Of a DNA stretch of 64,000 nt, positions 24,115 to 34,148 are shown in pieces (positions within the stretch are counted from its first letter, which is position 1; each line of letters starts with the position of its first letter). Both the position numbers and the translations under genes were made by a program. Source of the stretch: a virus; the IMG/VR virus record IMGVR_UViG_3300045988_171964. One strand, written 5' to 3'. The notes beneath the pieces were generated by a model. The model was given only the letters and a program-made list of their open reading frames with translations. It did not search any database and had not been told where the DNA came from.

Positions 24115-27100
24115 ATGTTATTCCACCCGATATTGAACCAGATTGCCAACCTTGACATGGCATTCCTCGTAAAACCTGCCGATGAGCAGCGCATCGAGGG
24201 ACAGACAGCCTGTTTCTGTCCCCTCTGCCAGAAGGAAGAGGCGGATGATGGCGAGCAGGGCAAAGCAAAGCAGACTCCTCACCTCATTATCTACAATAAT
24301 GAGCGAGGCGGTATGTATAACGGTGTAGGGGTGGAAGACAATTCTAAGGCAGAGCATGGTGCTCTGCGCTGGATGTGTACCAAGACCGGCAAGTATGGCT
24401 ATGGAGCCTTAGAGCTTTATGCTGCCATGCGCAAACTGCCGATGCACGGAGCCAGTCTGCTGCGTCTGTGCCATGACTTCATCGTGAGGGTGTATGGCGA
24501 TAACGAGAAGACGAGAGCCAAATGGCCGATGCTCTTTGCAAAAATGGACTATCGCACAATCGCTCCACAAACGATAGAAACTTTCTCATTTATGCCAAAA
24601 ACTGACTTCAACCCCCAGGAGCTCGCAGCCCTGGGGTGCGAAGTCACATCGGTTAAGGGAATCCCGCAATACGGCTTCGGCAAGGACTTTAACACCAAGA
24701 TGCTGAATGAAGATTTCCGCATCTATGCCGTGGACCAGGTAACGCTGCCCCACGTAGTGAGAAACGGACAACTGGTGAGTGAAATCATTTACGGCACACC
24801 CTGGAACCCGCTATTCGTCTGCTTCGCAACGGACGTAATAGCACCTCAAGGCAGTTGCGGATGCTTCTTCCGTCCAGCCATGCAGCAAGACCCTATCGTC
24901 TTCTCTACCTGTGAGGAACATAGCGTTAGGAAGGTGAGCAAGTGGCTGATGGGTGACAAGGTTTTCACCTATGCGATGGACCATCGGAGTAACAACTCTA
25001 CGGCCGTTCACTCGGCAATAGAAAAGTTGCAACCGGGAGAGGCTTACACCGAGACGAAAGAAATATGGGTAGAGAACGAAACCAAGGATGGTGAACCGAA
25101 AGGCACCTTCCATGTTGAGGAGGAACCTATAGAAGTAGGCGACATCAAAGCTCAGAACATCGTTTTCTGCCGGACCCCGGAAGATGCACTGAGTATTTAT
25201 TACGCCATGCGTTCCCTGCGTCAGGATAAGGCGCAGGATAAGCATTTTCAGAAATACTGCTGGTACCACGTAGCCTTCTCGCTAGGCAGAAGAAACTTCT
25301 GGTATATCGAGCGTGGGCAGTGGAGACAGGAAAAACTCGATTTCAATGCTGTTCAGTATCAGAAGATGAAGCGATTTGCCGAAAGGGTTATCATGATTTA
25401 CCCTAACGACATCGCCAGCCAAAGGGATTGCGGAGCCATCGCAACCAAGTATTGCGATATTTGTTATGCCACGCTGCCCGATGGCTTCAGAAGTAGATAT
25501 AATCAAAGGTGGAACTGGTTGTACGGTTGCTCTCCTCGCTCAGTGAGAGATTATCTGATGAGCTACCACATGGATGATACCGATAACTTCAAGTTCGACC
25601 ACGATATAAGGTTGCCGCTATATTCGAGATTGCGGGGTGCCAACAACACCGATCCATTCGAGATAGAATATCCCCGTGATCCGAGAAGCGGCAAACCTAA
25701 ACCGCCTACCTGCAAGGTATCGCCTACCAAGGTGTGGCTCTTTATGACCTGTCACGGCTATTACAGAATGATAGACCCTGAGAGTACCGACCTTGTAGGT
25801 CAGTATATCCATCTGGATAGATGTTTCGTAGAATACATCGACCAGAAGAGTATCATCCAAGCAACGAAAAACCAACTTCTGCAGTTTACTGAACAGAGTT
25901 GGCGGCATAATGATCAGGAGCGCAAGATGATGTCAGACTGCGCGAACCTGATAGACAAGAATTTCAGCGAGAAATCGGCTGGCGGCTTGCAGGGCATGGT
26001 GATAGACTTCACAGAAAGTTTCGATGCGCATACGGAATATTTCTTTTTCCGCAATGTAGCGTTGAAGATTACGCCCGAAACCATCATGCCAGTCAGCTAT
26101 GACCGCCTGAATTTCTTTATACCTGCCCTGGCTAAAAGACCGTATGATTTTACGATGAGGGTGTTCAATCCTCCGTTTGTTATCAGCGAGAGCCAGGAAT
26201 ACAAGGATAGGGTGGCAGTCATCGCCCAGCAGGAAGCTCAGACCAACGAAGACGGTTCGCCAGTCTTCACAAGAGCCGAAATCGACCAAAAAAAATCCGA
26301 GCTTAAAGATTGGGCGCAAACCTTCCGCTGGCAGGTGGATTGGAAAGGTAAGCAGGAGAAAGAGCTTTGGCCTATCCTGAGAGTGATTCGAGGCTGCTGC
26401 AATATGCAGTGGCGACTGGAGCAGGATTGCATCCGTAACAAAGAGCCAATGCCTGCCGAAGCTATCGCCGACATCGACTCCCATTTTGCCAACATGATTT
26501 CCTGTTTAGGAAGAATTTGTTATCGCTCATGGGCTGATATGCAGAGTATCTGTCCTTATCTTCTCGAAGATGAGGTGGAGGACGAGAAGCAGGCAAGTGG
26601 CGGTTCGGGTAAATCACTGATGATAGAACTTGTGGTAGGTTCAGCAGTCAATGTACTGCGCGTCGATATGAAAGATTTCCTGACGATTGCCGATGCAAAG
26701 TTCAGTCTTTCCGACCTGCTGATTTCTCCGGGTAAATATAGGGTAGTACATTGGGAAGATAAACCTTCGGGTTTCCCCATGAAGTACTTTTATAATAAGG
26801 TAACGGCGGGAGCCAAGGTAGAACGAAAGTTTGGTGACCCTATCGTCTTCAAGTTGGAAGAATCGCCAACGAACGTAATTTCCAGCAACTCGCAGTTGAG
26901 TGATGATGATGAGTCTACCATCGGCCGTTTTCCTTTGGTATCTTTCTCGGATAGGTTCTGTCGAGAAAATCCGATGCAGCATAAGCTGGCACGTTCCCCC
27001 AAGGAAGTGATGAAGAACCTCGTTAAGGAACCGGAGAATCTGAATGAGCGAGACCGCAATCAGGCGATATACATCTGTGCCCTTGCCGTTCAGTTTATCA

Positions 27101-27795
27101 TGCGCTATCATACTTTCGTGATTGCTCCTCAGAAAAACGTTCAGCGAAGACTGATGGTAAGAGAGCTGACCGAGAATACGGTGAACTACTTTGAGTGGTT
27201 CTTTAGCCGTAATGAGGTATATTCAGCGCCTATCTGTGCAGACGAAATGTTCAATGAGTTTATGCGAGATTGGGCTGATGCCAGTGAGGGCAAGAGTAAG
27301 GAGTACAGCCGAGCCACTTTCAAGAAGAAAATCAAGAAGTATTGCAAGAATATGAATATCATCTGCAATCCTGATAATCTCCTGATAGGTGAGGACAATA
27401 AACGCCATGGTTGTTTCAAGCTTCGAGCCTGGATAACGGAAGAATACTTCGTAGGGCGTGAATGGGAGAACGATGATAGTGTGGAGCCGAAGCATATCCG
27501 CAGAGTAAAGACGAGTAAGCACGTCTATTTCTTCTTCCGTAGCGGAAAGGATCATATTCCGGAAAGCTACGACGAGTTAAAGCGGATAGCGAAGGAATAC
27601 GTTGAAGGTCCCGACCCATTACCATACCGTGATGACGATGGCAACATTGTTATTCTCACCCCAGAAGAGGAAGAGCGATGGAAGACATTCACCTCCCGCA
27701 AGCAGGGCAGAAGGCAAGCTATACCGAACGCTAGCGATGGCAACAATGCCGCAGCTACCGTAGAGGAAATAGATAAGAGCGACCTGCCTTTTTAA
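24115..27795 (+). CDS. Primase-helicase (P4/D5-like SF3 helicase fusion), 1226 aa
   Basis: N-terminal Cys cluster CFCPLCQ, Walker A ASGGSGKS, and a Walker B-like YRVVHWED. Size and layout are typical of phage/plasmid primase-helicases. Confidence 0.75.
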   Translation: MLFHPILNQIANLDMAFLVKPADEQRIEGQTACFCPLCQKEEADDGEQGKAKQTPHLIIYNNERGGMYNGVGVEDNSKAEHGALRWMCTKTGKYGYGALELYAAMRKLPMHGASLLRLCHDFIVRVYGDNEKTRAKWPMLFAKMDYRTIAPQTIETFSFMPKTDFNPQELAALGCEVTSVKGIPQYGFGKDFNTKMLNEDFRIYAVDQVTLPHVVRNGQLVSEIIYGTPWNPLFVCFATDVIAPQGSCGCFFRPAMQQDPIVFSTCEEHSVRKVSKWLMGDKVFTYAMDHRSNNSTAVHSAIEKLQPGEAYTETKEIWVENETKDGEPKGTFHVEEEPIEVGDIKAQNIVFCRTPEDALSIYYAMRSLRQDKAQDKHFQKYCWYHVAFSLGRRNFWYIERGQWRQEKLDFNAVQYQKMKRFAERVIMIYPNDIASQRDCGAIATKYCDICYATLPDGFRSRYNQRWNWLYGCSPRSVRDYLMSYHMDDTDNFKFDHDIRLPLYSRLRGANNTDPFEIEYPRDPRSGKPKPPTCKVSPTKVWLFMTCHGYYRMIDPESTDLVGQYIHLDRCFVEYIDQKSIIQATKNQLLQFTEQSWRHNDQERKMMSDCANLIDKNFSEKSAGGLQGMVIDFTESFDAHTEYFFFRNVALKITPETIMPVSYDRLNFFIPALAKRPYDFTMRVFNPPFVISESQEYKDRVAVIAQQEAQTNEDGSPVFTRAEIDQKKSELKDWAQTFRWQVDWKGKQEKELWPILRVIRGCCNMQWRLEQDCIRNKEPMPAEAIADIDSHFANMISCLGRICYRSWADMQSICPYLLEDEVEDEKQASGGSGKSLMIELVVGSAVNVLRVDMKDFLTIADAKFSLSDLLISPGKYRVVHWEDKPSGFPMKYFYNKVTAGAKVERKFGDPIVFKLEESPTNVISSNSQLSDDDESTIGRFPLVSFSDRFCRENPMQHKLARSPKEVMKNLVKEPENLNERDRNQAIYICALAVQFIMRYHTFVIAPQKNVQRRLMVRELTENTVNYFEWFFSRNEVYSAPICADEMFNEFMRDWADASEGKSKEYSRATFKKKIKKYCKNMNIICNPDNLLIGEDNKRHGCFKLRAWITEEYFVGREWENDDSVEPKHIRRVKTSKHVYFFFRSGKDHIPESYDELKRIAKEYVEGPDPLPYRDDDGNIVILTPEEEERWKTFTSRKQGRRQAIPNASDGNNAAATVEEIDKSDLPF

Positions 27796-27829
27796 AGGTA
27801 AAAAGGTAAAAGGGTAAAAAGGTAAAAAG
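27796..27829 (+). repeat. (GGTAAAAA)-type octamer array, 4 units
   Basis: aggtaaaaaggtaaaagggtaaaaaggtaaaaag lies directly after the stop codon. Confidence 0.75.
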
Positions 27830-27830
27830 A

Positions 27831-27878
27831 ACCTTAACCCCTTTGCGCCTCCGTTCCCAGCGATTCTATCGCTGGTCC
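27831..27878 (+). repeat. Hairpin element copy 4 (long form)
   Basis: accttaacccctttgcgcctccgttc-CCAGCGAT-tct-ATCGCTGG-tcc. The stem-loop is at 27857-27875, 44 nt upstream of dnaN. Confidence 0.9.
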
Positions 27879-27918
27879 ATAAACAAGAAAATAGAATTTA
27901 CAAAAAAAATAAAGCAAA

Positions 27919-29115
27919 ATGAAAATACAAGCGCAATCATCCCTCTTGCTTCGTCAAGCTTTGCAGAAAGCTGCGAAGTGTATCGACAGCAAGTCAACCA
28001 TCGCCATCTTGAGCAATGTGCTCCTTACCCAGCGCAAGGAAGATGGTCAGTTCTTCTTCGTATCAGCTACCACTGATTCGGAGTTATCTATCCCTGCACC
28101 TCTCAGTATCGTGGAAGGCAGCTTCAAAGAAGACGTTGTTCTTCCTATCACGTCTCTGTTGCCTCTCCTTTCTACACTCTCTGCTGACTGCGTAGTCACC
28201 ATGGATCTATCTCAGGATAAGAACCGCTCAATGAATATTGAGTATTGTACCCAGAACGGCGAAAATGTAAAGAAGGGTAACGTCAGTCTGGTTTATTTCA
28301 GCGCCGAGGAATTTCCTCGTGCAGCGCAGCCTGATAATGCCAGTCTTCATATCTCCCTGCCGATGGCAACCTTTGGTAATGTGCTCTCTCATGCCGGTAA
28401 CTTTGTAGGCAATTCAGAACTTCGACCAATCATGAACTGTCTCTGCATCGATGTAGCCGAGGACAGAAGTGAGGTTACTTTTGTAGCCTCTGATGGTCAC
28501 TCTCTCATCAAGCTCATTCATACCAACAACCCTGAAACGGGAGGCAGCAATTTCTTCCGTAGCGGTACACCTGGCATTATTCTCGTAGAAAGAACCTTCT
28601 TCAAGAGCTTGGCGGTTTTTGATGACTGCGCAGATATTGATATAGAAGCAAACGAGAGTATGGTGCGCTTCACTTCGGGTAATGATATTACCTTCGTCTG
28701 CAAAAAGATGGTAGGTCAGTACCCTAATTATAATTCGGTAATTCCTCGCAACAACCCTTATAATGTTGTGGTAGACAAGCGGGAATTGGCAAGTGTAGTA
28801 AAGCGTGTAGCACTCTTCTCTTCAGAAAGTAGCAACATGATTGTTCTGAAGAAAGAAGGTATGTTCCTCGATGTGGCAGCGCAGGATTTGGACTTCAATA
28901 TGTCGGCAAACGACCAGGTACTTATCATCGACAGTAATTGCGTAGATGGTCATCGCATGGGTTTCAAGGCAAGCAGTCTGCTGAATGCCCTGGCACCTAT
29001 CCAGTCTGATACCGTCTGTCTGCATCTTGGCGATCCTAGCCGTGCAGGTGTAATTACCGCCAACGAATCATCGCCTAGAGCATTGACCCTGATCATGCCG
29101 ATGATTCTTGAATAA
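27919..29115 (+). CDS. dnaN: DNA polymerase III beta sliding clamp (398 aa)
   Basis: The N-terminus aligns by eye with DnaN (TIAILSNVLLTQ...VSATTDSELS). The second-domain motif FVASDGHSLIKL and QYPNYNSVIP are also present. Confidence 0.85.
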   Translation: MKIQAQSSLLLRQALQKAAKCIDSKSTIAILSNVLLTQRKEDGQFFFVSATTDSELSIPAPLSIVEGSFKEDVVLPITSLLPLLSTLSADCVVTMDLSQDKNRSMNIEYCTQNGENVKKGNVSLVYFSAEEFPRAAQPDNASLHISLPMATFGNVLSHAGNFVGNSELRPIMNCLCIDVAEDRSEVTFVASDGHSLIKLIHTNNPETGGSNFFRSGTPGIILVERTFFKSLAVFDDCADIDIEANESMVRFTSGNDITFVCKKMVGQYPNYNSVIPRNNPYNVVVDKRELASVVKRVALFSSESSNMIVLKKEGMFLDVAAQDLDFNMSANDQVLIIDSNCVDGHRMGFKASSLLNALAPIQSDTVCLHLGDPSRAGVITANESSPRALTLIMPMILE

Positions 29116-29146
29116 TAAACTTACATCGAACGAATAAGATAAGATT

Positions 29147-29863
29147 ATGAATGATACTTTGCTCTTTATTCCTCCCTGCTGTGTGGATAAAAAGCTGCCC
29201 AAGGCAATTATACAAGCGCCACGGCGGGCATTGAGCTTCTATACTCACGGCGATGTGCTGATAGATAAATTCTTCCACGCTATCGGATACTTGGCAGATG
29301 TAAATCCCAACCGGGCACAGAAAAATCATTTCTGCGTGATGGTGTTGGCGATGACCGTAAGCAGAACATCTGCTACCGGGTATATCATCAACTATCTTCA
29401 AACCTGCTTTGAGCGAGGTTGGATAACTCACCTGGTGCTCTCTACCGATAAGAGTGTAGAAGACTGGATAGATATTCATCTGATGGAATACAGAGACAGA
29501 ATCCTTTATCAGAACCATCAGGATGTGACCCTACAGACCTCGCACATGGTTCTTTACAATGAGGAGAAAGCCTTTACGTTGGCTGGTCCGATGCTCGATA
29601 CCCCTAACGGTAAGTTATCGCATTACTCCATGGTTCTTTACCCCGATTATTCGGCATGCAATGACGCAGCCGATTGGTCGAACCCGCTCAAGAACATCCT
29701 GTTTCCTGATATATTGCGGCATCGGCAAAGGGTAGCCAAGGAGAAACGGAAGGTAGACAGTATCATCCTAAACCGATTCCTGCAAGCAAAGCTTCCTCCT
29801 TACGAAGAGGATAAGGAGCAGGATGGTCCTCGTGATCATTACGACTTCGGTGGTTTCGTATAA
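29147..29863 (+). CDS. Hypothetical protein (238 aa)
   Basis: ORF preceded by aagataagatt ATG context. Confidence 0.65.
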   Translation: MNDTLLFIPPCCVDKKLPKAIIQAPRRALSFYTHGDVLIDKFFHAIGYLADVNPNRAQKNHFCVMVLAMTVSRTSATGYIINYLQTCFERGWITHLVLSTDKSVEDWIDIHLMEYRDRILYQNHQDVTLQTSHMVLYNEEKAFTLAGPMLDTPNGKLSHYSMVLYPDYSACNDAADWSNPLKNILFPDILRHRQRVAKEKRKVDSIILNRFLQAKLPPYEEDKEQDGPRDHYDFGGFV

Positions 29864-29875
29864 ACAATAATAGTT

Positions 29876-30187
29876 ATGGCAAAATATCATCAGTCTTATC
29901 AGAACCTCCGTCAGTTCTGCGAGAAGTGGCAGTGGATAGACCCACGAAGCGGACAGCAGGTAACTGGCTATGTGCATCCGCAAACAGCGAGAAATGTAAA
30001 GCGCAAATCGTTCTACATTAAGTTCCTTACAAAGACCGGGCATGTAGATGAAGGTGAATGCGTTTGTTTGAAGGTAGACGTTCTGAGGCATCAGAGGAAA
30101 GTGCAGTTCGTTAATAGCGGAGAAATCCGTGTGGTTAACGACATTCTGGTGCTTGAAGTAGACGGTACCAGGTTTATCACTCATTAA
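29876..30187 (+). CDS. Hypothetical protein (103 aa)
   Basis: ORF in the operon. Confidence 0.6.
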   Translation: MAKYHQSYQNLRQFCEKWQWIDPRSGQQVTGYVHPQTARNVKRKSFYIKFLTKTGHVDEGECVCLKVDVLRHQRKVQFVNSGEIRVVNDILVLEVDGTRFITH

Positions 30188-30437
30188 GGTAATTCATGTT
30201 TTAAGATTCAATATAGTTTATCGAAGATTTTTAAAGCTCTAACTGTTAAATTATTGAATTTATGTAGATGCTTCATAGCAGACACCTTTAGCGTAAGGAT
30301 GTTCCGTATTTATTTTACAATAACTACAAGCAAAAGCAATGTAGGGTTGTCTATTCACATTTCCCTACACCTCCCCGGTGCGTGAGCATAGGGCGCTTTT
30401 TTAATTTGAATATTCATTTTTAAACAATATATAGATT

Positions 30438-30998
30438 ATGTGGAATCCGTTTAAAAGAAGTAAAGCGAAGCAGAAAAAAGCAGCTCTGAAGAATATGAGT
30501 ATTCTTTATGCTTCATTCGAAGAGTGGGAACGCTCCGGTCTGTTTCACTGGCAGGTGAAAGACAAAACACTTTTGCTGGAGCAGAGCCTCGCGGTCTCTG
30601 TGATGTCTATGGGACCGGAAATTTTTAAGAAGTTTCTCGACCTCTTAGCGCAGTTCAAAAATGCTGAATTGGTGTTTAATGCCTACGAGCAGCAGCGTCT
30701 AGACCTGGAGACGGTAGCCGTGCGCAAAGCGCAGGAGCAGACTCAGACAAAACTCACCGATATTGATATTCAGCGCATCCGTCAGAATGCACGCGAGAAT
30801 ATGCAGCACATCGATATGAAGAGCATCATGGATGCTATCCACGAGTTCGATATTATGATTATCCGCAGCAGCGCCATCTCATCAGCGGACGCTACTCAAG
30901 AAGGTGGCGAGTTGGTAGCCGTTGGCCACTTCGATGGCAAGAAGGTGGAGATGGCGATGTGGGATGAAATCAAGAACGATTTAACTGCAGAAAAATAA
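30438..30998 (+). CDS. Hypothetical protein (186 aa)
   Basis: ORF after a 250-bp non-coding gap. Confidence 0.65.
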   Translation: MWNPFKRSKAKQKKAALKNMSILYASFEEWERSGLFHWQVKDKTLLLEQSLAVSVMSMGPEIFKKFLDLLAQFKNAELVFNAYEQQRLDLETVAVRKAQEQTQTKLTDIDIQRIRQNARENMQHIDMKSIMDAIHEFDIMIIRSSAISSADATQEGGELVAVGHFDGKKVEMAMWDEIKNDLTAEK

Positions 30999-31013
30999 GC
31001 AACCCCTCGCCCT

Positions 31014-31382
31014 ATGAAAACAATCGTGATAGCCAAGGAGGCTTGGCTGTGCAGTCAACTCAGCATAGCCAAATATTCCGGAGGCATTGATATATCAGAT
31101 GAGGAAAATGGCACACGCCATTTCCTGGTAGTAGATGAAAAAGGTCAGCCTTACCAGGGCAAACTGATTCCTAGTGCCCCTGCCGATTTGGTGGATAAGG
31201 AGTTTATTCCTTTCTACCGCAAACTGGGCAGAGATAAGTTTATTTCCCTCGTATCAAGGGAACCTCTCGCCTCTCGCAAGGGACTGAAACAGATACTATC
31301 TGCTGCAGTTTTGGAAGAGAAAGCGGATAAGGCAGCAAAAGAAGAGGAGCTGAAGGCACGTCAGCCTTCCCTCTTCGACTAA
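31014..31382 (+). CDS. Hypothetical protein (122 aa)
   Basis: ORF in the operon. Confidence 0.6.
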   Translation: MKTIVIAKEAWLCSQLSIAKYSGGIDISDEENGTRHFLVVDEKGQPYQGKLIPSAPADLVDKEFIPFYRKLGRDKFISLVSREPLASRKGLKQILSAAVLEEKADKAAKEEELKARQPSLFD

Positions 31383-31417
31383 GAAAAGTTTTATAATACA
31401 TTAAAGATTTTGAGAAA

Positions 31418-31903
31418 ATGAGAACATTAGAAGAATTTCAGAAAGAAGTCCTTGCGCCTTTGCGTAAGGAAAGAGACAAAAAGCACGAAGTTGCTTTGAA
31501 AATCAAGACCGATGGCGGCGAGGCCTTTGCGAAACGTAAGAAGGAACTCCTGGATAAAGAAGTTGAGTTCAAGGAACGTCAGAAATCCTGCCTGAAAGAG
31601 TTTCTCGGTAAGCAAACCTTGGAAAAGAAATCTTTCTTCGTTCAGCAAGATGCTGATCGTGCCGAAGCTCATGCCCAATATCAGAAAGCTACCCAAGACT
31701 ACAAGATTGCTAAACGCCGTGCTAACGAAGAGTTTATGGATAAGATAGGTATTGCTTATGCTGAGTATAACAAAGAGCGAGTAGCCGCAGGTGAGCAGCC
31801 TGTGTATTACGACAATCGCCGTGAGAAGTCAGCCGATGAACACAAGACGGGCTATGATGAATATGGTTGGCCAGAAGACCCAGCACAGGAGGCTGAAATA
31901 TGA
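31418..31903 (+). CDS. Hypothetical K/E-rich coiled-coil-like protein (161 aa)
   Basis: ORF in the operon. Confidence 0.6.
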   Translation: MRTLEEFQKEVLAPLRKERDKKHEVALKIKTDGGEAFAKRKKELLDKEVEFKERQKSCLKEFLGKQTLEKKSFFVQQDADRAEAHAQYQKATQDYKIAKRRANEEFMDKIGIAYAEYNKERVAAGEQPVYYDNRREKSADEHKTGYDEYGWPEDPAQEAEI

Positions 31904-31937
31904 GTTTCAGAAATACAAAATAAACAATTATAAAAAC

Positions 31938-32519
31938 ATGAACACGAAACAACAGAATATTCTTCGCTCATTACTGAAGAAATACAAGTTCAAGAGCGTA
32001 AGCAACATGGTTCGTCAGGCGCTCGGAATCAACTTCGAGAACTTCCTGCAGAAAACGGAACCTCTCTACATCATTCCTCGCATCGCTTCCTGCTATGCCG
32101 TGGAAGAGGATAAAGAGAAGCTGATGGGCATCGTCTATAAGGAATGGCTCAAGGACGTAGTAGAAAAAGCCTGGGTGAAACCGCTCAATGCCTACATCGA
32201 AGAATACGGCGAGCGCATCGTGCTTTCTGCTATCTACTATCTCATCGACAACGGTCTGTGGGAAGTATACGAAGGTCGCCTTGCACTCGACGCACAGGAA
32301 GATAATTACTACGATAAGTTGGGAGATATGCCTTCCGCTATCGAATTTGTGCAGGAACAGCAAGCTGAGGAAAAGAGGGCAGAAGAAAAGAAAGCTGCAG
32401 AGGAAGCCGCCACAAAGAAAGAAGCCGCCCAACAGCAAGCCTCTGCCTCGTCACGTCCCTCTCTCGTCCCCGTTCCCAGCGATTCAATCGCTGGTCTCAA
32501 GAAAAATCATTTAAAGTAA
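31938..32519 (+). CDS. Hypothetical protein (193 aa) whose C-terminus is encoded by hairpin element copy 5
   Basis: This internal ATG (MNTKQQNIL) of track ORF 31791..32519 lies after the upstream stop. The C-terminal LVPVPSDSIAGLK is translated from the element. Confidence 0.6.
   Translation: MNTKQQNILRSLLKKYKFKSVSNMVRQALGINFENFLQKTEPLYIIPRIASCYAVEEDKEKLMGIVYKEWLKDVVEKAWVKPLNAYIEEYGERIVLSAIYYLIDNGLWEVYEGRLALDAQEDNYYDKLGDMPSAIEFVQEQQAEEKRAEEKKAAEEAATKKEAAQQQASASSRPSLVPVPSDSIAGLKKNHLK
32465..32497 (+). repeat. Hairpin element copy 5 (inside a coding 3' end, sense orientation)
   Basis: cgtccccgttc-CCAGCGAT-tca-ATCGCTGG-tct. The stem-loop is at 32476-32494. Confidence 0.85.
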
Positions 32520-32526
32520 TAGCACT

Positions 32527-33090
32527 ATGCACATATTTAAATTAAAAGAAGGCACCAAGTCCTATGATTGGGTAAAGGACGTGATAGATAAGGAGCGAAA
32601 GCAAAACGCAGAGTATTGCGATCGCATCCGCAAGGCGATACCCTTCCAGTTAACCCGAGTCATTGCCTCTTATGTAAACTCCACCTTTTCCCGAAAGTTG
32701 GAAATCTACGAGTTTGTTGTTACTCCCGAGGAGTACGAAACATTGGATAAGGAAGTCTGGAACAGGACTTATAGTGATGATAATCAGTTCTGGGTAGCTC
32801 CTAACCTGAATAATGAAGAGGGTAGGGCTATAAAGGAAGTGATGTCTTCATATCCTCCAGTTACTACTCACTATGATATTCTGAAGAAGTTAGGGCTGCG
32901 TGCCCTCATTGCTTGCAGACCTTTCCGTCCTACCAATCTTACCACCCATGAGGGTAAGTATTATTTCGTCCTTACCGATGATTTGGTTATCAAGGATAAT
33001 GACAATAACGATGATTTGGAATTGATAACCGAGGAGGATGCCAAGCACCTCACCGGTTTCAAAGATGAGCGGGTAGATTATAGCAAATAG
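32527..33090 (+). CDS. Paralog family member A (187 aa, unknown function)
   Basis: It shares K-GTK-Y-(Y/W)-K...LDK-(V/A)W...PN...(Q/E)G(R/K)A...SY with 34637..35194 and 37765..38313. Confidence 0.7.
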   Translation: MHIFKLKEGTKSYDWVKDVIDKERKQNAEYCDRIRKAIPFQLTRVIASYVNSTFSRKLEIYEFVVTPEEYETLDKEVWNRTYSDDNQFWVAPNLNNEEGRAIKEVMSSYPPVTTHYDILKKLGLRALIACRPFRPTNLTTHEGKYYFVLTDDLVIKDNDNNDDLELITEEDAKHLTGFKDERVDYSK

Positions 33091-33093
33091 CGC

Positions 33094-33324
33094 ATGACAA
33101 ACAAAGACTTTTTTGATGTGTATCGCGGGAAGCCAGCCCTTTATAAGGGAAAAGATATTGGCGCATACGTAGCAGGGTATGTCGGTGAGAAGTATATCAT
33201 CTTAGGATTTCACGATTATACAGGCTGCATCCTGAGATTTACGGCAAGAGTCAATAAAACACTCGATGTAGTATACACCTCATACCGATTTGCTAAATTG
33301 AAGTATGTAGAGGTAGTAAGTTAA
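33094..33324 (+). CDS. Hypothetical protein (76 aa)
   Basis: The start lies in a TAGCGCATG stop-start junction. Confidence 0.55.
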   Translation: MTNKDFFDVYRGKPALYKGKDIGAYVAGYVGEKYIILGFHDYTGCILRFTARVNKTLDVVYTSYRFAKLKYVEVVS

Positions 33325-33338
33325 AAAGAAATAGTAGT

Positions 33339-33566
33339 ATGAAGATAAAAATTTTTTCACTTTATTTCCCCAGATTCTTTTATGGGGATGTGGACCCTCA
33401 ATCGAGCCTTGCGTATAGAAAAAGGTACTTCATCATGTACAAAAAGCATTGGTGGCAAAGATATAAATACTTTAATGATTATTTCGGCCGCCCCATGAAG
33501 TTTGACAGCCAAAAGGAAGCCGAAGAATTTCTTGAAAGAAATGGTATAGAATATAAAGGTAAATAG
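33339..33566 (+). CDS. Hypothetical protein (75 aa)
   Basis: ORF in a tight operon. Confidence 0.5.
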   Translation: MKIKIFSLYFPRFFYGDVDPQSSLAYRKRYFIMYKKHWWQRYKYFNDYFGRPMKFDSQKEAEEFLERNGIEYKGK

Positions 33567-33568
33567 CT

Positions 33569-34003
33569 ATGGCAGAAAAGAAAATATTAACCATTCATCT
33601 TACTGATGAGTGGTACCAGAAGATAGCTAGCGGAGAGAAGACAGAGGAGTATCGGGAATGCTCTTTATACTGGACGATTCGTTTATTTAGAAAGGATATA
33701 CCGAATAGACCAGACTTGATAGCTGGTGTAGCCAAATATCATCGTGCTTCCGATAGAGGCCTTTTCGTGCAAGGTTATCTCACCGGAGGTCTCAAACATA
33801 CTTCGGACAGTCCGGAAGATAGAACTTACCGCAAGGAGGTATTAGAGCCTTTCACACACGTTCATTTTCTCCTCGGTTACCCGAAAGATAACCAACCGTA
33901 TATCGAGAAGGAAATCGACGAGATAACTGTAGATAAACCGAAGAATGGCATGTGCCCTGATGCGTGGTTAAAAAAGAATATGTTCGTAATCAGATTCAAA
34001 TAG
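33569..34003 (+). CDS. ASCH-domain-like protein (144 aa)
   Basis: The N-terminal LTIHLTDEWYQKIASGEKTEEYRE matches the ASCH pattern (sG-KT-E-R), by eye. Confidence 0.5.
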   Translation: MAEKKILTIHLTDEWYQKIASGEKTEEYRECSLYWTIRLFRKDIPNRPDLIAGVAKYHRASDRGLFVQGYLTGGLKHTSDSPEDRTYRKEVLEPFTHVHFLLGYPKDNQPYIEKEIDEITVDKPKNGMCPDAWLKKNMFVIRFK

Positions 34004-34006
34004 CTT

Positions 34007-34144
34007 ATGGCAAAGAAAGAAAAGAAATGTTGCGGTAACTGCTACTGGTTCGACAATGAGGATGCCTATGGCCAGGGCTGGTGCATTGATTCGCAAGGCG
34101 AAACGTCATGTGATTTGGTTTGTAATAATCATTTAAATAGATAA
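34007..34144 (+). CDS. Cys-rich miniprotein 1 (45 aa), below the ORF-track cutoff
   Basis: MAKKEKKCCGNCYWFDNEDAYGQGWCIDSQGETSCDLVCNNHLNR. The start lies in a TAGCTTATG junction. It is a paralog of the next ORF. Confidence 0.55.
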   Translation: MAKKEKKCCGNCYWFDNEDAYGQGWCIDSQGETSCDLVCNNHLNR

Positions 34145-34148
34145 GCGT

